From NCBI GenBank assembly GCA_051530055.1, contig JBMGUZ010000051.1:1-20197 (forward strand): 20,197 bases of DNA, written 5' to 3'. The DNA comes from Neoechinorhynchus agilis (Eukaryota; Animalia; Acanthocephala). Positions 10,556 to 20,197 of the stretch are shown in pieces (positions within the stretch are counted from its first letter, which is position 1; every line of letters begins with the position of its first letter). A model generated the notes under the pieces. The model did no database searches and was not told the origin of the DNA. It saw only the letters and a list, made by a program, of their open reading frames with translations. A program made the translations under genes and the position numbers.

Positions 10556-12248
10556 ATGAAGCCGTTAGTATCTGCAGAGGTTTTGGGATCTTGTGAGTTC
10601 GTATCACTAGAGCCACGAAGATTATCATGTCTGGAGCTATCGGTTTGATTGCATTGGCATCGATTATTTCTCTGATTGTTGCGCTCACCGTTACTTTTGT
10701 TCACAAGGACGCCGTGACCTCTGCTCCAACTGGTGATGCAAAAGGTAAGCACTTTTTAGAAACTTTAATAGCTTATTACGCTTTTTCGTTGCAGCTCAAT
10801 GTAAGTTCGATTTGCTTTGTTAGAAATCAATACCGAGTCCTATAAGTTTCCAAAGCCAAAACATTGTACGAAGTAAAAGGAGGAGTCAATGGCGGACAAA
10901 GATTTATTCAGGCGGGAAAATACATGCGAAGAAACTTTGATTTCCATCATGAACCAAAGGTTAGTCGGGATTCTTAAAAGGCTACAGTATTTATTTACGA
11001 TTAAGATGGAATTTCGCGTCGAAGAACCGATACGAAATGTTCAAAAAAGAGGGTCAATGCGAGTTCGTGATCTAAAGGGTCAATGCGAGTTCGTGATCTA
11101 AATAAAATATTTGAACTTGCGGTAAGACGATTCAGGTCTGGCTTTCGTTTTGAATTTCATTTTTCTATTAGATGAATGGTCGAGTGGAAGAGATGGCTCT
11201 GAATGTCTTACCTATACACCGACCTCATGGAGTTCAAGTAGAAATGGTCAATGAGCTACCAGGGTAAATCATAAGATAAAGCTTCAAGTTTTTTATTATC
11301 TGCCTATAAAAGAGAACAATTTGAAGTGATTTACCGCGCATTCTACAAGCTTCCTTGCGATTGCTCTGAAAAACGCCTTGAGGATCTTATTGTAATTCTG
11401 GCTCAAATCGAGATTTTGACCAACGATGGAAAACGTGATGTTCTAAACAGTCTTAAATCGGATATATTGGAAGGTATTTTTAAACTTTAAAGAAAATCTC
11501 ATACTGCTTTTTCCTAACTTATCGATGATAATTATGTATATGACGACGCATTCGACGATATATTAGAGGATGATGATCCATGGGAACAAGAGTGCGGAAT
11601 ATGTAAGGAGTGATGTCTTCTTTTATCCTTATTTTGTTAATTCATTTTAAAGTGTACGAAGTCATAGTAACTTACACGGATGACGGAACACTGGGGGATA
11701 AAGTAGAGATTCTCAATTAAATGCTAGGATATAATTCTTTTAAAAGCGTTGAGAATTCCTACCATGATTTGAATACACTCGAACAAGATGAATTCAATAA
11801 CGATGCAATTACGCTCGCCCTTTCTCAAGGATCCGAATATTCGAGTGACCAGGATCCTGTTTATGTCGAGTTCGACAGCTATGGTCAGCGCCCCGTATTC
11901 TTATTGTATAACTTATTTTCATTTCAGAAGTCATTAATCCCGACAGCCCAACCGAGTACAAAATGCACCTCCGAATGTTCATTGATCTAACATGTGAGAC
12001 TTGCATTGAAACCATAACCGAGAAGCTCAGCAAAGAACTCACTATTGTCTTATCAGCGAGTACTGTCGTCTTGCCAGCCGGTGGAAAAGTTGAATTCATT
12101 GGTTGGTTCTGCTAAAATTCCTTCTATTCTCATATTCACATATATAGATTCCAATACAAGACTCAGCCATGACCAAGCTTTGAGTTTTTACGAAAACAGG
12201 GAAGCAATCGATCCTGAGAAATTCACAACACCGGCACCAGTTCAATAA
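10556..12248 (+). pseudogene. 12-exon gene for a signal-anchored/secreted protein of about 378 aa (repaired), with two apparent lesions
   Basis: Inferred introns: 10564-10610, 10745-10794, 10801-10846, 10960-11005, 11122-11171, 11264-11312, 11474-11524, 11603-11652, 11703-11753, 11884-11927 and 12102-12147 (44-51 nt, all GT donors). Splice phases give a continuous frame (MKPATKIIMSGAIGLIALASIISLIVALTVTFV...PAPVQ*) once the 26-bp duplication at 11050-11101 is removed. The intron 7 acceptor is CG rather than AG. Confidence 0.72.
11050..11101 (+). repeat. Perfect 26-bp tandem duplication inside exon 5
   Basis: agggtcaatgcgagttcgtgatctaa at 11050-11075 and 11076-11101; causes a frameshift with TAA at 11099-11101. 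Confidence 0.97.
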
Positions 12249-12986
12249 AGCTGATCACGGATACTCATTAGACCAGATCGTTAATACCTTCAAAATCATC
12301 TCAAAGTTACACTGTCATATTGCATGAATTTCCAAACAAGAGTTTCTCCGCATTTCTAATTTTTGACTAATAATTACGGTCATTAATTCAGTAATCGCTT
12401 TTACGTCGCTAATCTGTTATTACCAGTTATATCAGTCGCTGTCAAATTGCAACATCCTCCAAAAAATATTGATTTTATATCGTTAAAACGCTGAGTTGAT
12501 TCTTAACTAAATCCTAGTTTGCTCGCCGTAGAATTCTTTTATAAAAGATAACTTCCAAACTCTCGATTTGAACATAATCGATTATAGAATTTTCCGTTGG
12601 GCCAAAATCTAGACATCGATAAAAGGTAGCGCTCTCGTCTACAGGCCACCGCTACTTGATGTGATGTATTTCAATAGTTATTCAGCGGCCGTGTGGTGTG
12701 CGCGTTCATATTGCGCTTGATATGTCGAAAGTTCAACGCCACCGGTCGCTGAGTTAGACGGCGGCCCCTTCAAGTGCGGCTTAGCGCCTCCGTTGTGCGA
12801 AAGTTCCGTCCTGAATCTGTACCTATGCCGAAATCCCGGGTTTTAAAGTCGACTCTTTAATAATAAAAACCCTCGGGACACTTGCATCGAGAGGGATCAG
12901 GATAAGTCGAAGGGATACAAAGGAATATGGCCGTGAGGCCCAAAAGAAGATGTCACAAGCAAACAAGAGTGTATGAGGCCTTGGCG

Positions 12987-14618
12987 TTTGGTACGTGTGG
13001 GTATCGAAACTTTTAAATTTTTCGTAAAAACCATGATTACAGAAAGCTCAAAAGATTAACGCGATGGATATTTTCGCCTTTATGCAATCATTAACACAAT
13101 CACCGAGCCCACATTCGTCCTTTGTTTTTTGTTTTGAGCAACAAAACCGATACGTATTAATTCGCAATATCGTTCCTTGCTCGATTGCCTTTCCCAAGGA
13201 GACGGATAACATTTTCAAATAGAGACATGAATCCAGAAATAAGCAAAATCCTTTTACGTTTAATTCAACGATTGAGCGATAATATTCCGACAAGTGACAG
13301 TCAACGGTTTGAAAACCACATTTTAATTATGGAGGCTACAATGGAATCCATGCGGATTCTAGCGAGCCAAAATGCGACGAGCAAACCAACGCCAGGTGAG
13401 TTCCACAAAAACCTCATATCGATTCCATTATTTCAAATGAGTTTAGGAGTTTTATTTCCTTCAATGAATTCAACTCGAAGTAACGAGCCAGTAAATCTTG
13501 ATAGAATATTTGCCGGTTTGTTGAGAATGGCACCTTCGAACACTGCGGCGTCCGCATTGTCAGTGGCCGCAAACTTAGCAAACGCCCAGCAACAGTGTTT
13601 CCGAATAACTTCCGAACAGTCCAAGGAGCAAAAATCGGCCGAAACAAATCGAATGATTGGCGATAACAACCAAGAACTTGAAGATTTAATGCAATTCATA
13701 ATTCAAAATGCCGATGCCATCGCTGAGAGTCGTCCGCCGCAAATCTTTCCGAGAATAAATGATAATAATCGAGTCGGCGTCATCAGTCTCGAGATGGTAG
13801 ATGAACGCCAAGATTCAGTCGGCAATCCTCAAGCTTTTCTTCAAAAAACATCGCAGCCAACAATGCCTTGGATTTGTGCAAAATGCGGAACTTTCTTAAC
13901 TCCATCGTGGCATCTATATAAAGGTTCGGTCTACTGCTTTTCATGCGCTGACTCGGTCGCATTTTCCGAATGGGAACCGGCCATTCGCGAACTATTTGAA
14001 AAATTCCTGGCTTCAGAATGGATTCCTCCTGTTCTCGATCCGGACCACAGCACAAACATTCACCAAAGAACTCAAATCTCAACACCACGAAGATCGGCAA
14101 AGTCACAGGGGGAACTCGAGATTGAAGGCACAACAAAAATAAGTGAACCAACTCGGGAAAACATTCCATCGGTTCACAATTCGCCGGTTGAAAAATCATC
14201 TGAGGTTTTTATCCATCAAACTGACCATCAAACGGAAAATAATTTGTTTCAGGCAAATGAAGGAGCCACCAATTCTCTTCCACCAATAGAAATTGATAGC
14301 AGTACAAACAGAACAAAAGATAAAGAAGGAGAATCTCAATGTAGAGATAGTTCGTCTGAGAGCAATTTTGTAAGACGAGAGTAATATTGATAAATAAGTT
14401 TTTATTTGTACGTCTGCATTAAGTTATTTCCAAAATACGATATCGAACGGTTGTTAGAGTGAAATCAGAATTGTAAACTTTAAGCGATCCGGGCTTTGTA
14501 GATGTGTTCTTCACAATCCCGGATATAAAATATTTTATCGAGATTTTTCGAAAGATAAAGCCTCGCCAAGCGATGCAGAGCTCCATGAGGTTTGTCGCCT
14601 AACAACTTTCAACAACAA
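12987..14618 (+). repeat. 1.63-kb direct duplication, copy 2
   Basis: Collinear with 8413-10044 at offset 4574. Confidence 0.97.
13227..14384 (+). CDS. Orphan protein with a divergent GATA-like C4 zinc finger, copy 2
   Basis: Same length as copy 1 with 13 aa differences from ATG to stop. Finger CAKCGTFLTPSWHLYKGSVYCFSC at 13875-13946. Confidence 0.7.
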   Translation: MNPEISKILLRLIQRLSDNIPTSDSQRFENHILIMEATMESMRILASQNATSKPTPGEFHKNLISIPLFQMSLGVLFPSMNSTRSNEPVNLDRIFAGLLRMAPSNTAASALSVAANLANAQQQCFRITSEQSKEQKSAETNRMIGDNNQELEDLMQFIIQNADAIAESRPPQIFPRINDNNRVGVISLEMVDERQDSVGNPQAFLQKTSQPTMPWICAKCGTFLTPSWHLYKGSVYCFSCADSVAFSEWEPAIRELFEKFLASEWIPPVLDPDHSTNIHQRTQISTPRRSAKSQGELEIEGTTKISEPTRENIPSVHNSPVEKSSEVFIHQTDHQTENNLFQANEGATNSLPPIEIDSSTNRTKDKEGESQCRDSSSESNFVRRE

Positions 14619-15723
14619 CAATAATAACGACGACAACAATTGCAAACAAATTAAATTCCTTTTTTATAGGAATTTTTGTGACCACAAATAGCAAAGACGA
14701 TTTTCGGCGTATTTTTTGGAAACCAATCTCAGGTTTTGTTTTTCAATTGAAACTTAGCCGGGCTGTGGTAATGATAAAGAAAATCTTTATTTTTGAGCTT
14801 TCATCGTCTTGCTCGAAAATCTACAAAGGCTCATGGAGATGTGAAGTTTGCTAGCGACATCGAAGCCGGGACTTTAGCAGTTCTTGGGCTTTTTTGAGAT
14901 GATTTCCTATTTTTCATTCTCTACGGCCCGGAATGTAGGTTCCTTGGCGATTCCATTGCTGACAAAATTCGATTTGCACTTTATCGAAACTTTGTTTACG
15001 AAATTAACTGAGAACGATATTTGGTCAATTGCAATCGCGATTTCGCTTGGATGGGCCGTTGATATGATAAAGAAAATCTTTAATTTCGAGCTTTCGCAGT
15101 CTTACGGCTGACAGGAAACGTTCGTAAACTCCTGAATCCGGACGCAAAATCTATGCTATCTCCCGTACTTGAACCTTTAGAAAATAGCCGAAGAATCAAA
15201 GGATTCAATTTATTTTAAGATGAGCTTTCTAAAGACTATTTTCAAGTGCTGGATTTGTCCAAAAATTATCCAAAAAAGTGAATTATTGTGTTAAACAAAG
15301 AAGCAAACTGCGACTGTAGAGGTTTCTTTTTTTATCCGAGTCAAAAACGTATCGATGCTTAATTTTAAGAATCATTCATATTATTGATTTCAAGTTAAGT
15401 CTCCGCTGGATTTAATGAAAGTTCTGGACTTTTTATAAAAGCTAAAATGAATTTATTTGATTATTTCGCTACAACAGGAAAATTTAGCACCCGAACAAAA
15501 ATCGATGGTTTATTGAAACCAATCAATAATAGCGAATATGTGTGTGAAAGCGTCAATCGCTCACAATAAACTTTATTTCAAGCTAACATCTCGCTTTATC
15601 TGTGATTCCAAGCTAAGAAACCCCAAGGATGTCTTCATCCCATTGTTGGAACCACAGAATACGCGAGGATTCGTTAATCCCCGCTTTTCACTTGCCCCAT
15701 TAAGCAATCCGATTCAGTTGAAC

Positions 15724-17415
15724 TCAATTTTCTCCTTGAAAATTGCCTGCATTCTCATCCAAGCGTTTCGCAGCTTCCTCGTCGACCCGATTATAGTCTT
15801 CCAAACTATGTATATAAAACAACTTAGGATCGATTGTTGTTATTGTCCTGAAAAGCAAATCCTCTGTAACGGGCCTTTCAATACTTTCTTTGATCGCCAT
15901 TGCAGTTTGGAAAGTATTGGCGATGTCTTTATCGTTTCTGACCCGAATCATCTTCCATTCACCTCCCTCGACAACGCATTCGATTATCTTTTCATTGCAT
16001 TGAAACAATTGAGCCGTGAGTCGAATCCGGGCGAACGGTTCATTGTACTTTCTAACATACAGAAATCAACCAGAACCGATTTTTCGCTTTTCCATATCGT
16101 GGCCAGGAATTACCAATTTGAAGTCGACCGAATTCAATCGTGTAGGTTTATACTTTAGCAGCTCGTAAAATGTTCCAAAAATATAAGGCATATAAACGGG
16201 CTGAAATATAAGACCGTCTGTCTCATGAGGGAGTTCTCTTTTAAACTTCTCATTCAAAAGATGTTTACTGTGTTTGAGGCCGTAAAAATCCTTTCTTCGA
16301 ATCCCAAACGGTTCTCGACTTCGGTCTATCGCTCCGCATTCCATTGCACGATGACGAGGCAAAATAATCTCTCTCAAAATGAGTTCCAAGCGTTTATCAA
16401 AGTCGAGTTCTTTACCGGCAGGATGCCCGTTGAATGCCAAGACGTCGAATATAAGAAATCGAGGAATCCGTTTGCCTTCAACTACATCTTCCACCATCTC
16501 TCCATCAAGTAAAGTCTGACGAAGATGATCTTTGGTGCCACGTTTCGTCACAAACGTCAGGTTTCTCACTTTAAAGATTGAATTGCGCCGGTCAATCATA
16601 TAAATTTCGTTTTTCGCTCGAATTAAACACAAATACCGGGTTCCGTCATCCTTCCAGCTTACGCGATAATCCAACTGCCGCAATGTTTGGATATTATTGA
16701 GTGTCATTGATACCGGCTGGCTACCGATGAATCCTCTTCCATGACTTTCTGGACAAAGGTCCTTTATGTTTTGTCGAATTTCGTTGATTTTTCTTCGATC
16801 TCTGTCGTATCTTAGTCGATAGATGAACGGAACATCTACCGAGAAGCCCTCTGATAAACCTGTTGGTTGGTTTACTTCCTCATTCGAACTATCCAGAATG
16901 GAAGGATTTGGTTTTTCCGCTAGCGCGTCGATTTTCCTTTTTGATTTAAAATCTGCCGACTTTGGGTCAACTGCAACCCTTTTTCTACGTGGACTTTGTT
17001 CCCGGGTTTCCGAGTCCGTTGTTTGCGCCATTTGATTCGATCTTTTACGAAAACCGATGTCTTCATTTGATCTTTTTCTCGATTTCATGTGTTCATCCTC
17101 CTCTTTAATTATTTGAGTCTTGAGCGAAGCATTTAACTCAGTTTGATGATCAGCGGACGATTGCGAAACTCTTCGCTTCGACCGAATGCTGTGCTCGTCC
17201 GAATCACTTATGGATCGTTTTCGTCCACCAGCGAACTTCTTTCTCTTAATATCGGCGATATCGATTACGTCGTTTGCTTCTTGCTTTGATCCATAATTTG
17301 TACTGGTTTCGATACTCACGGCTTCTGTCGAATTCATGGTGGATGCCGGATCCTTGGTATCAATTTTGCGCTTTAATAGCACGCCGGTTCGCCAACTCGA
17401 GTACCGTAATCTCAT
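15724..17415 (-). pseudogene. RNGTT: mRNA capping enzyme guanylyltransferase domain (RNGTT-like), intronless, no triphosphatase domain, one in-frame TGA
   Basis: FIGSQPVS, motif I WKDDGTRY (KxDG), III LLDGEMV, IIIa FLIFDV, IV DGLIFQP, V LKYKP, LNSVDF and VI RVRNDK. ORFs 16066-17415 and 15724-16008 are in the same frame, joined by TGA (16066-16068) plus FLYVRKYNEPFARIRLTAQ. No HCxxGxxR motif; the N-terminal ~190 aa are K/R/S/E-rich low complexity. Confidence 0.88.
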
Positions 17416-18614
17416 AAATCTATAGAATGCTTTAATCGATGTCTTATTAATGATTTTGATTTAATCGCATCCTTATCTTTGCAGCAGTTCGATCTTTTAG
17501 TGAAGAATTCAACCTCGAACACATGACGGTCTCTGAGTCTACTCATTTTGGGTAAAATCCAACGGCAAATGGGAATCTTCGTAAGGGCGACCACTTCTCC
17601 GATGGGTTCTGGAGGGTGATTACGAACAAGAAACCGTATCTTCTTCTAATGTGGCAGCCGGCTAACGAAGCCGTGGAATAAATTTCTTATCAAGTTCTGT
17701 GAATTTCTATTAAAACCTTTCCCTTTTATTAGAATGTCGCATGTTCATTACAATAAAATTCGGTAGCACGTTCATTCGAAGGCAACGCTTGAGGACGATT
17801 TCAGCATCTCCTGATTCTCAGTGTATTTGATCATTTCGAAGAAAATCGGCTTGCTCAATTGAATTTTGATCAGTCGGTGGATTGTCCACTGATTTCTAAA
17901 CCGCTTGTTATCTTTTTCGAATTTATCCAAATTAAGCAACTGAAAACAAATGCGGCTACAAAATACTAATTAAATAGCCCGTGAGATTTTTAGGTTTAAA
18001 GGAAATTTCAGTTCAATTCTTCCTTTGGGAGCATCGAGTCCAGTTAGACAAAATGCGAACATCGAATAAATAAAATGACTTTATATTTGAATTCCCGTCA
18101 CTTAAACGCAATGGGTTTTTAGCGTTTCAATTTTTAGGCCATGAATCGATATTTCTGATTGAAAAATAACGATTTTTTATATATTGCCACCATAAAGTAT
18201 CGATTCTAAATTTTCATTCGAAGAAGCTTAAAACTGTCCGTCGGTACAATAATAAACATTTTCTATTCAGCACTTTAGAAAACCCAATAAAATCGCTTTA
18301 AACCTAAGACTTTGAGCAAGCAAACAAAATGACTACTTTTCCCGAATTGATTTATCGATAAAAAGTCGACTAAAAATTTTAAATGTGCGCCGAATAATAA
18401 AACGGACCCGAATTCTGTCGTTTTTTCGTAACTTCCAAAACGCCGTCCGCTTTCTAAAGCGCTGCACCCGCATTCCTCGCGTCGTTCTGTTTTGTTCTCC
18501 GGTGAATCGAGCGACTTTGGCGATGGTGGAAAATCGTTTACGTTCGTACCGAGGACGAATGGAAGCGTCTCAATGCAAGTGAGTAATATTTTGAAATTGT
18601 GGGAAATCTCTGTT

Positions 18615-19056
18615 TTTCCTTTGAAATAATGTTGAATTTTCGTATTTCCAACGACAGCAGTATGCAAACCATGTAACAAGTTGTAGAGCTCGAAAGTTGA
18701 TGGGACGAACTCATTGGCGACTTTAAGTGTCGGGCGGGCCATTCTGAAAATGTCAAATGCAGTAAGGAGCGTATATTGAGGAGCAACCTTAAAATGGGCG
18801 GATTTGGCCGATTTCTGATCTTGTTCTGTATCACGTACAGTTCGGGGTTCTAGAGTTTTGGTTGTCTCGGAATCCTTTGTTTGTGTCATTTCCGTTTTAT
18901 CAAAGATTGGACGTTGTTTATCACCCATGTAAGGTTTTTCAACAACTGTAAGACGAGCAACGGCTGTTTCGGGGTCTTCTGGGTTTGAAGGAGTGACTCG
19001 ATTCGTGCCTGATTCTCTATCGTAATTGCGTCTCATATTTGGACAACAAAAGAAGT
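18615..19056 (-). other. Endogenous viral element, partitivirus-like capsid N-terminal fragment, copy 2 (ATG 19036)
   Basis: Same sequence as 1-442. After about HYFKG the frame appears to read into flanking sequence and stops at 18275 (253-aa ORF, probably chimeric). Confidence 0.6.
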
Positions 19057-19248
19057 TGCCGAATAGTATTTTAGCTCATTCTCGGGGGAGGAATTAGTCC
19101 GGACCGCCGGAAGATCGGATACTCTAAGAAGGCCGAACTGTATTAAAGGATAGAAGTAATAGCCGGGGTCGTAGTTCCATGACAGCCTGATACCTGACGT
19201 GTAAGGAACTTGTAATCTACCCATGAATTGGAAATCAAGCGTATTGTT
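19057..19248 (-). other. Virus-like segment unique to EVE copy 2
   Basis: Stop-free in ORF 19033-19251 (NNTLDFQFMGRLQVPYTSGIRLSWNYDPGYYFYPLIQFGLLRVSDLP...). It has sharp junctions with shared blocks on both sides and no ATG start. Family not recognised. Confidence 0.35.
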
Positions 19249-19855
19249 CACCGTTTCCAGCTAGAATGGAGATAGCATCTGGCGAGAGCCATCCCGAAGT
19301 ACTGAACTGCCGAAAGTGCCTATTTCTAAGCGAAGAGAGAAGTGTAGTGCGCCTAGTGGCGCGCCATTCGAGATTTTCTATTAACTCGCCCTGGCCATTC
19401 AACGTGTCCAACTCCTTACAGAACGCAGCGCACAAACGCTGATTACGGGAGTTAAGCCCATGTGCCAAGGCGTGCAACATAGGTGGATTATTTCTATGGG
19501 AGAAACAAAGACCCATAAGTCGTTTCTTCGAGGTGCCAATCTTATTAAGAAGATAATGAGCACGCACTCGAACATCGTTACGAATCTTATGGTCTATACT
19601 ATCAGATTTTTCCGCTATGGTTGTGGGCCCAACGAAAGCAGCTTCATACTTGAAGTTTCGCATGGCAGCCTCCATGTCGCGGGTGAATGATCCATTTTTG
19701 TCGGTAGGAACAAAAGTACTGAAATTGCGGTACTTTTCGCGTCTTTCCTTCTTTTCCACTCGAACATGCTCCATATCGCCAAGAGTGGCTTTAGCTCTAC
19801 TTATATAGGCCAGGAAAGCAGTGCCGAGATCAATTGGACTAGTCATGTACCTCAT
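19235..19855 (-). CDS. Virus-like ORF, copy 2: extra N-terminal 87 aa plus the shared block, 3'-truncated
   Basis: MTSPIDLGTAF...DHK continues in frame into IRNDVRV...AGNG (shared with copy 1), then ends 4 codons after the junction at 19249. Confidence 0.5.
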   Translation of the reverse strand: MRYMTSPIDLGTAFLAYISRAKATLGDMEHVRVEKKERREKYRNFSTFVPTDKNGSFTRDMEAAMRNFKYEAAFVGPTTIAEKSDSIDHKIRNDVRVRAHYLLNKIGTSKKRLMGLCFSHRNNPPMLHALAHGLNSRNQRLCAAFCKELDTLNGQGELIENLEWRATRRTTLLSSLRNRHFRQFSTSGWLSPDAISILAGNGEQYA

Positions 19856-20197
19856 TGCTATTCATAAACAGAAACTTCCTTCTGTTGTACTTCAGGCATC
19901 CCAAAGAAGTCGTTGCCACAGAAATAACAGAATTTTTAAGCGCCAATCATTGAATTGTCTATATCATTTTCCTCATTGCTATTCATAAACACAAACTTCC
20001 TTCTGTTGCACGTCAGGAATCCCAAGGTGGTCGTTGCCACACAAATAACAGAATTTTTTAGCACCAATCATTGAATCGTCTAAATCATGCACCTCACTGC
20101 TATTCATAAACACAAACTTCCTTCTGTTGCACGTCAGGCATCCGAAAGAAGTCGTAGCCACGCGAATAACAGAATTTTTAAGCGCCAATCATTGAAT
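19841..20197. repeat. 121-bp tandem repeat array, second locus (runs off the right edge)
   Basis: Same unit as 1665-2287; gtcgt(t/a)gccac at 19910, 20031 and 20152. Confidence 0.97.

Noticed and set aside
8474-14199. Minus-strand ORFs overlapping the zinc-finger and 12-exon genes, and plus-strand ORFs over the PLE, EVE and GTase
   Set aside because: They are antisense shadows of better-supported coding frames and carry no recognisable motifs.
14760-15111. Diverged ~50-bp duplication (MIKKIFxFELS twice) as a gene
   Set aside because: The similarity is real, but the frames are short and I could not build a consistent splice model.
16066-16068. TGA as selenocysteine
   Set aside because: The position aligns to Gly rather than Cys, and I could not identify a SECIS element.
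17412-17640. Degenerate RNA triphosphatase remnant upstream of the GTase
   Set aside because: Only faint resemblance (PIGEVVALTKIP), no HCxxGxxR motif, and stops in frame. An HMM search would be needed to revive the idea.
18515-18585. IERLWRWWK on the plus strand as a DDE transposase motif, followed by a GTGAGT donor
   Set aside because: Too short, preceded by a stop, and no other transposase motifs nearby.
18275-18614. C-terminal 110 aa of the 253-aa ORF as viral capsid
   Set aside because: Capsid similarity ends near HYFKG and composition shifts to host-like AT-rich DNA, so this is probably fortuitous read-through.
19979-20188. CYLCGNDH in the satellite translation as a gag zinc knuckle
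   Set aside because: Spacing does not fit CX2CX4HX4C, the unit length is not a multiple of 3, and stops are frequent.

Overview
Eukaryotic DNA, not prokaryotic. It is AT-rich, has no obvious CpG depletion, and a hand-spliced gene has 11 introns of 44-51 nt, consistent with a compact-intron invertebrate (species not assignable). Both ends of the window carry nearly identical but differently shuffled copies of an intronless virus-like mosaic on the minus strand: an alphapartitivirus-like capsid N-terminus plus an unidentified ORF of about 371 aa when reconstructed. In both copies a 121-bp tandem repeat lies immediately upstream. Between them, left to right: a Ty3/gypsy RNase H relic; a frameshifted Penelope-like element (RT + GIY-YIG) with a degenerate minimal hammerhead at its 3' end and a 240-bp tandem array at its 5' end; a secreted acidic repeat protein; two tandem copies of a 1.63-kb unit encoding an orphan protein with a divergent GATA-like finger; a 12-exon membrane/secreted gene missed by the ORF track, with a 6-nt micro-exon and two apparent lesions; and an intronless, triphosphatase-less metazoan mRNA guanylyltransferase interrupted by one in-frame TGA. 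All family assignments are from motif recognition by eye; no searches were run.
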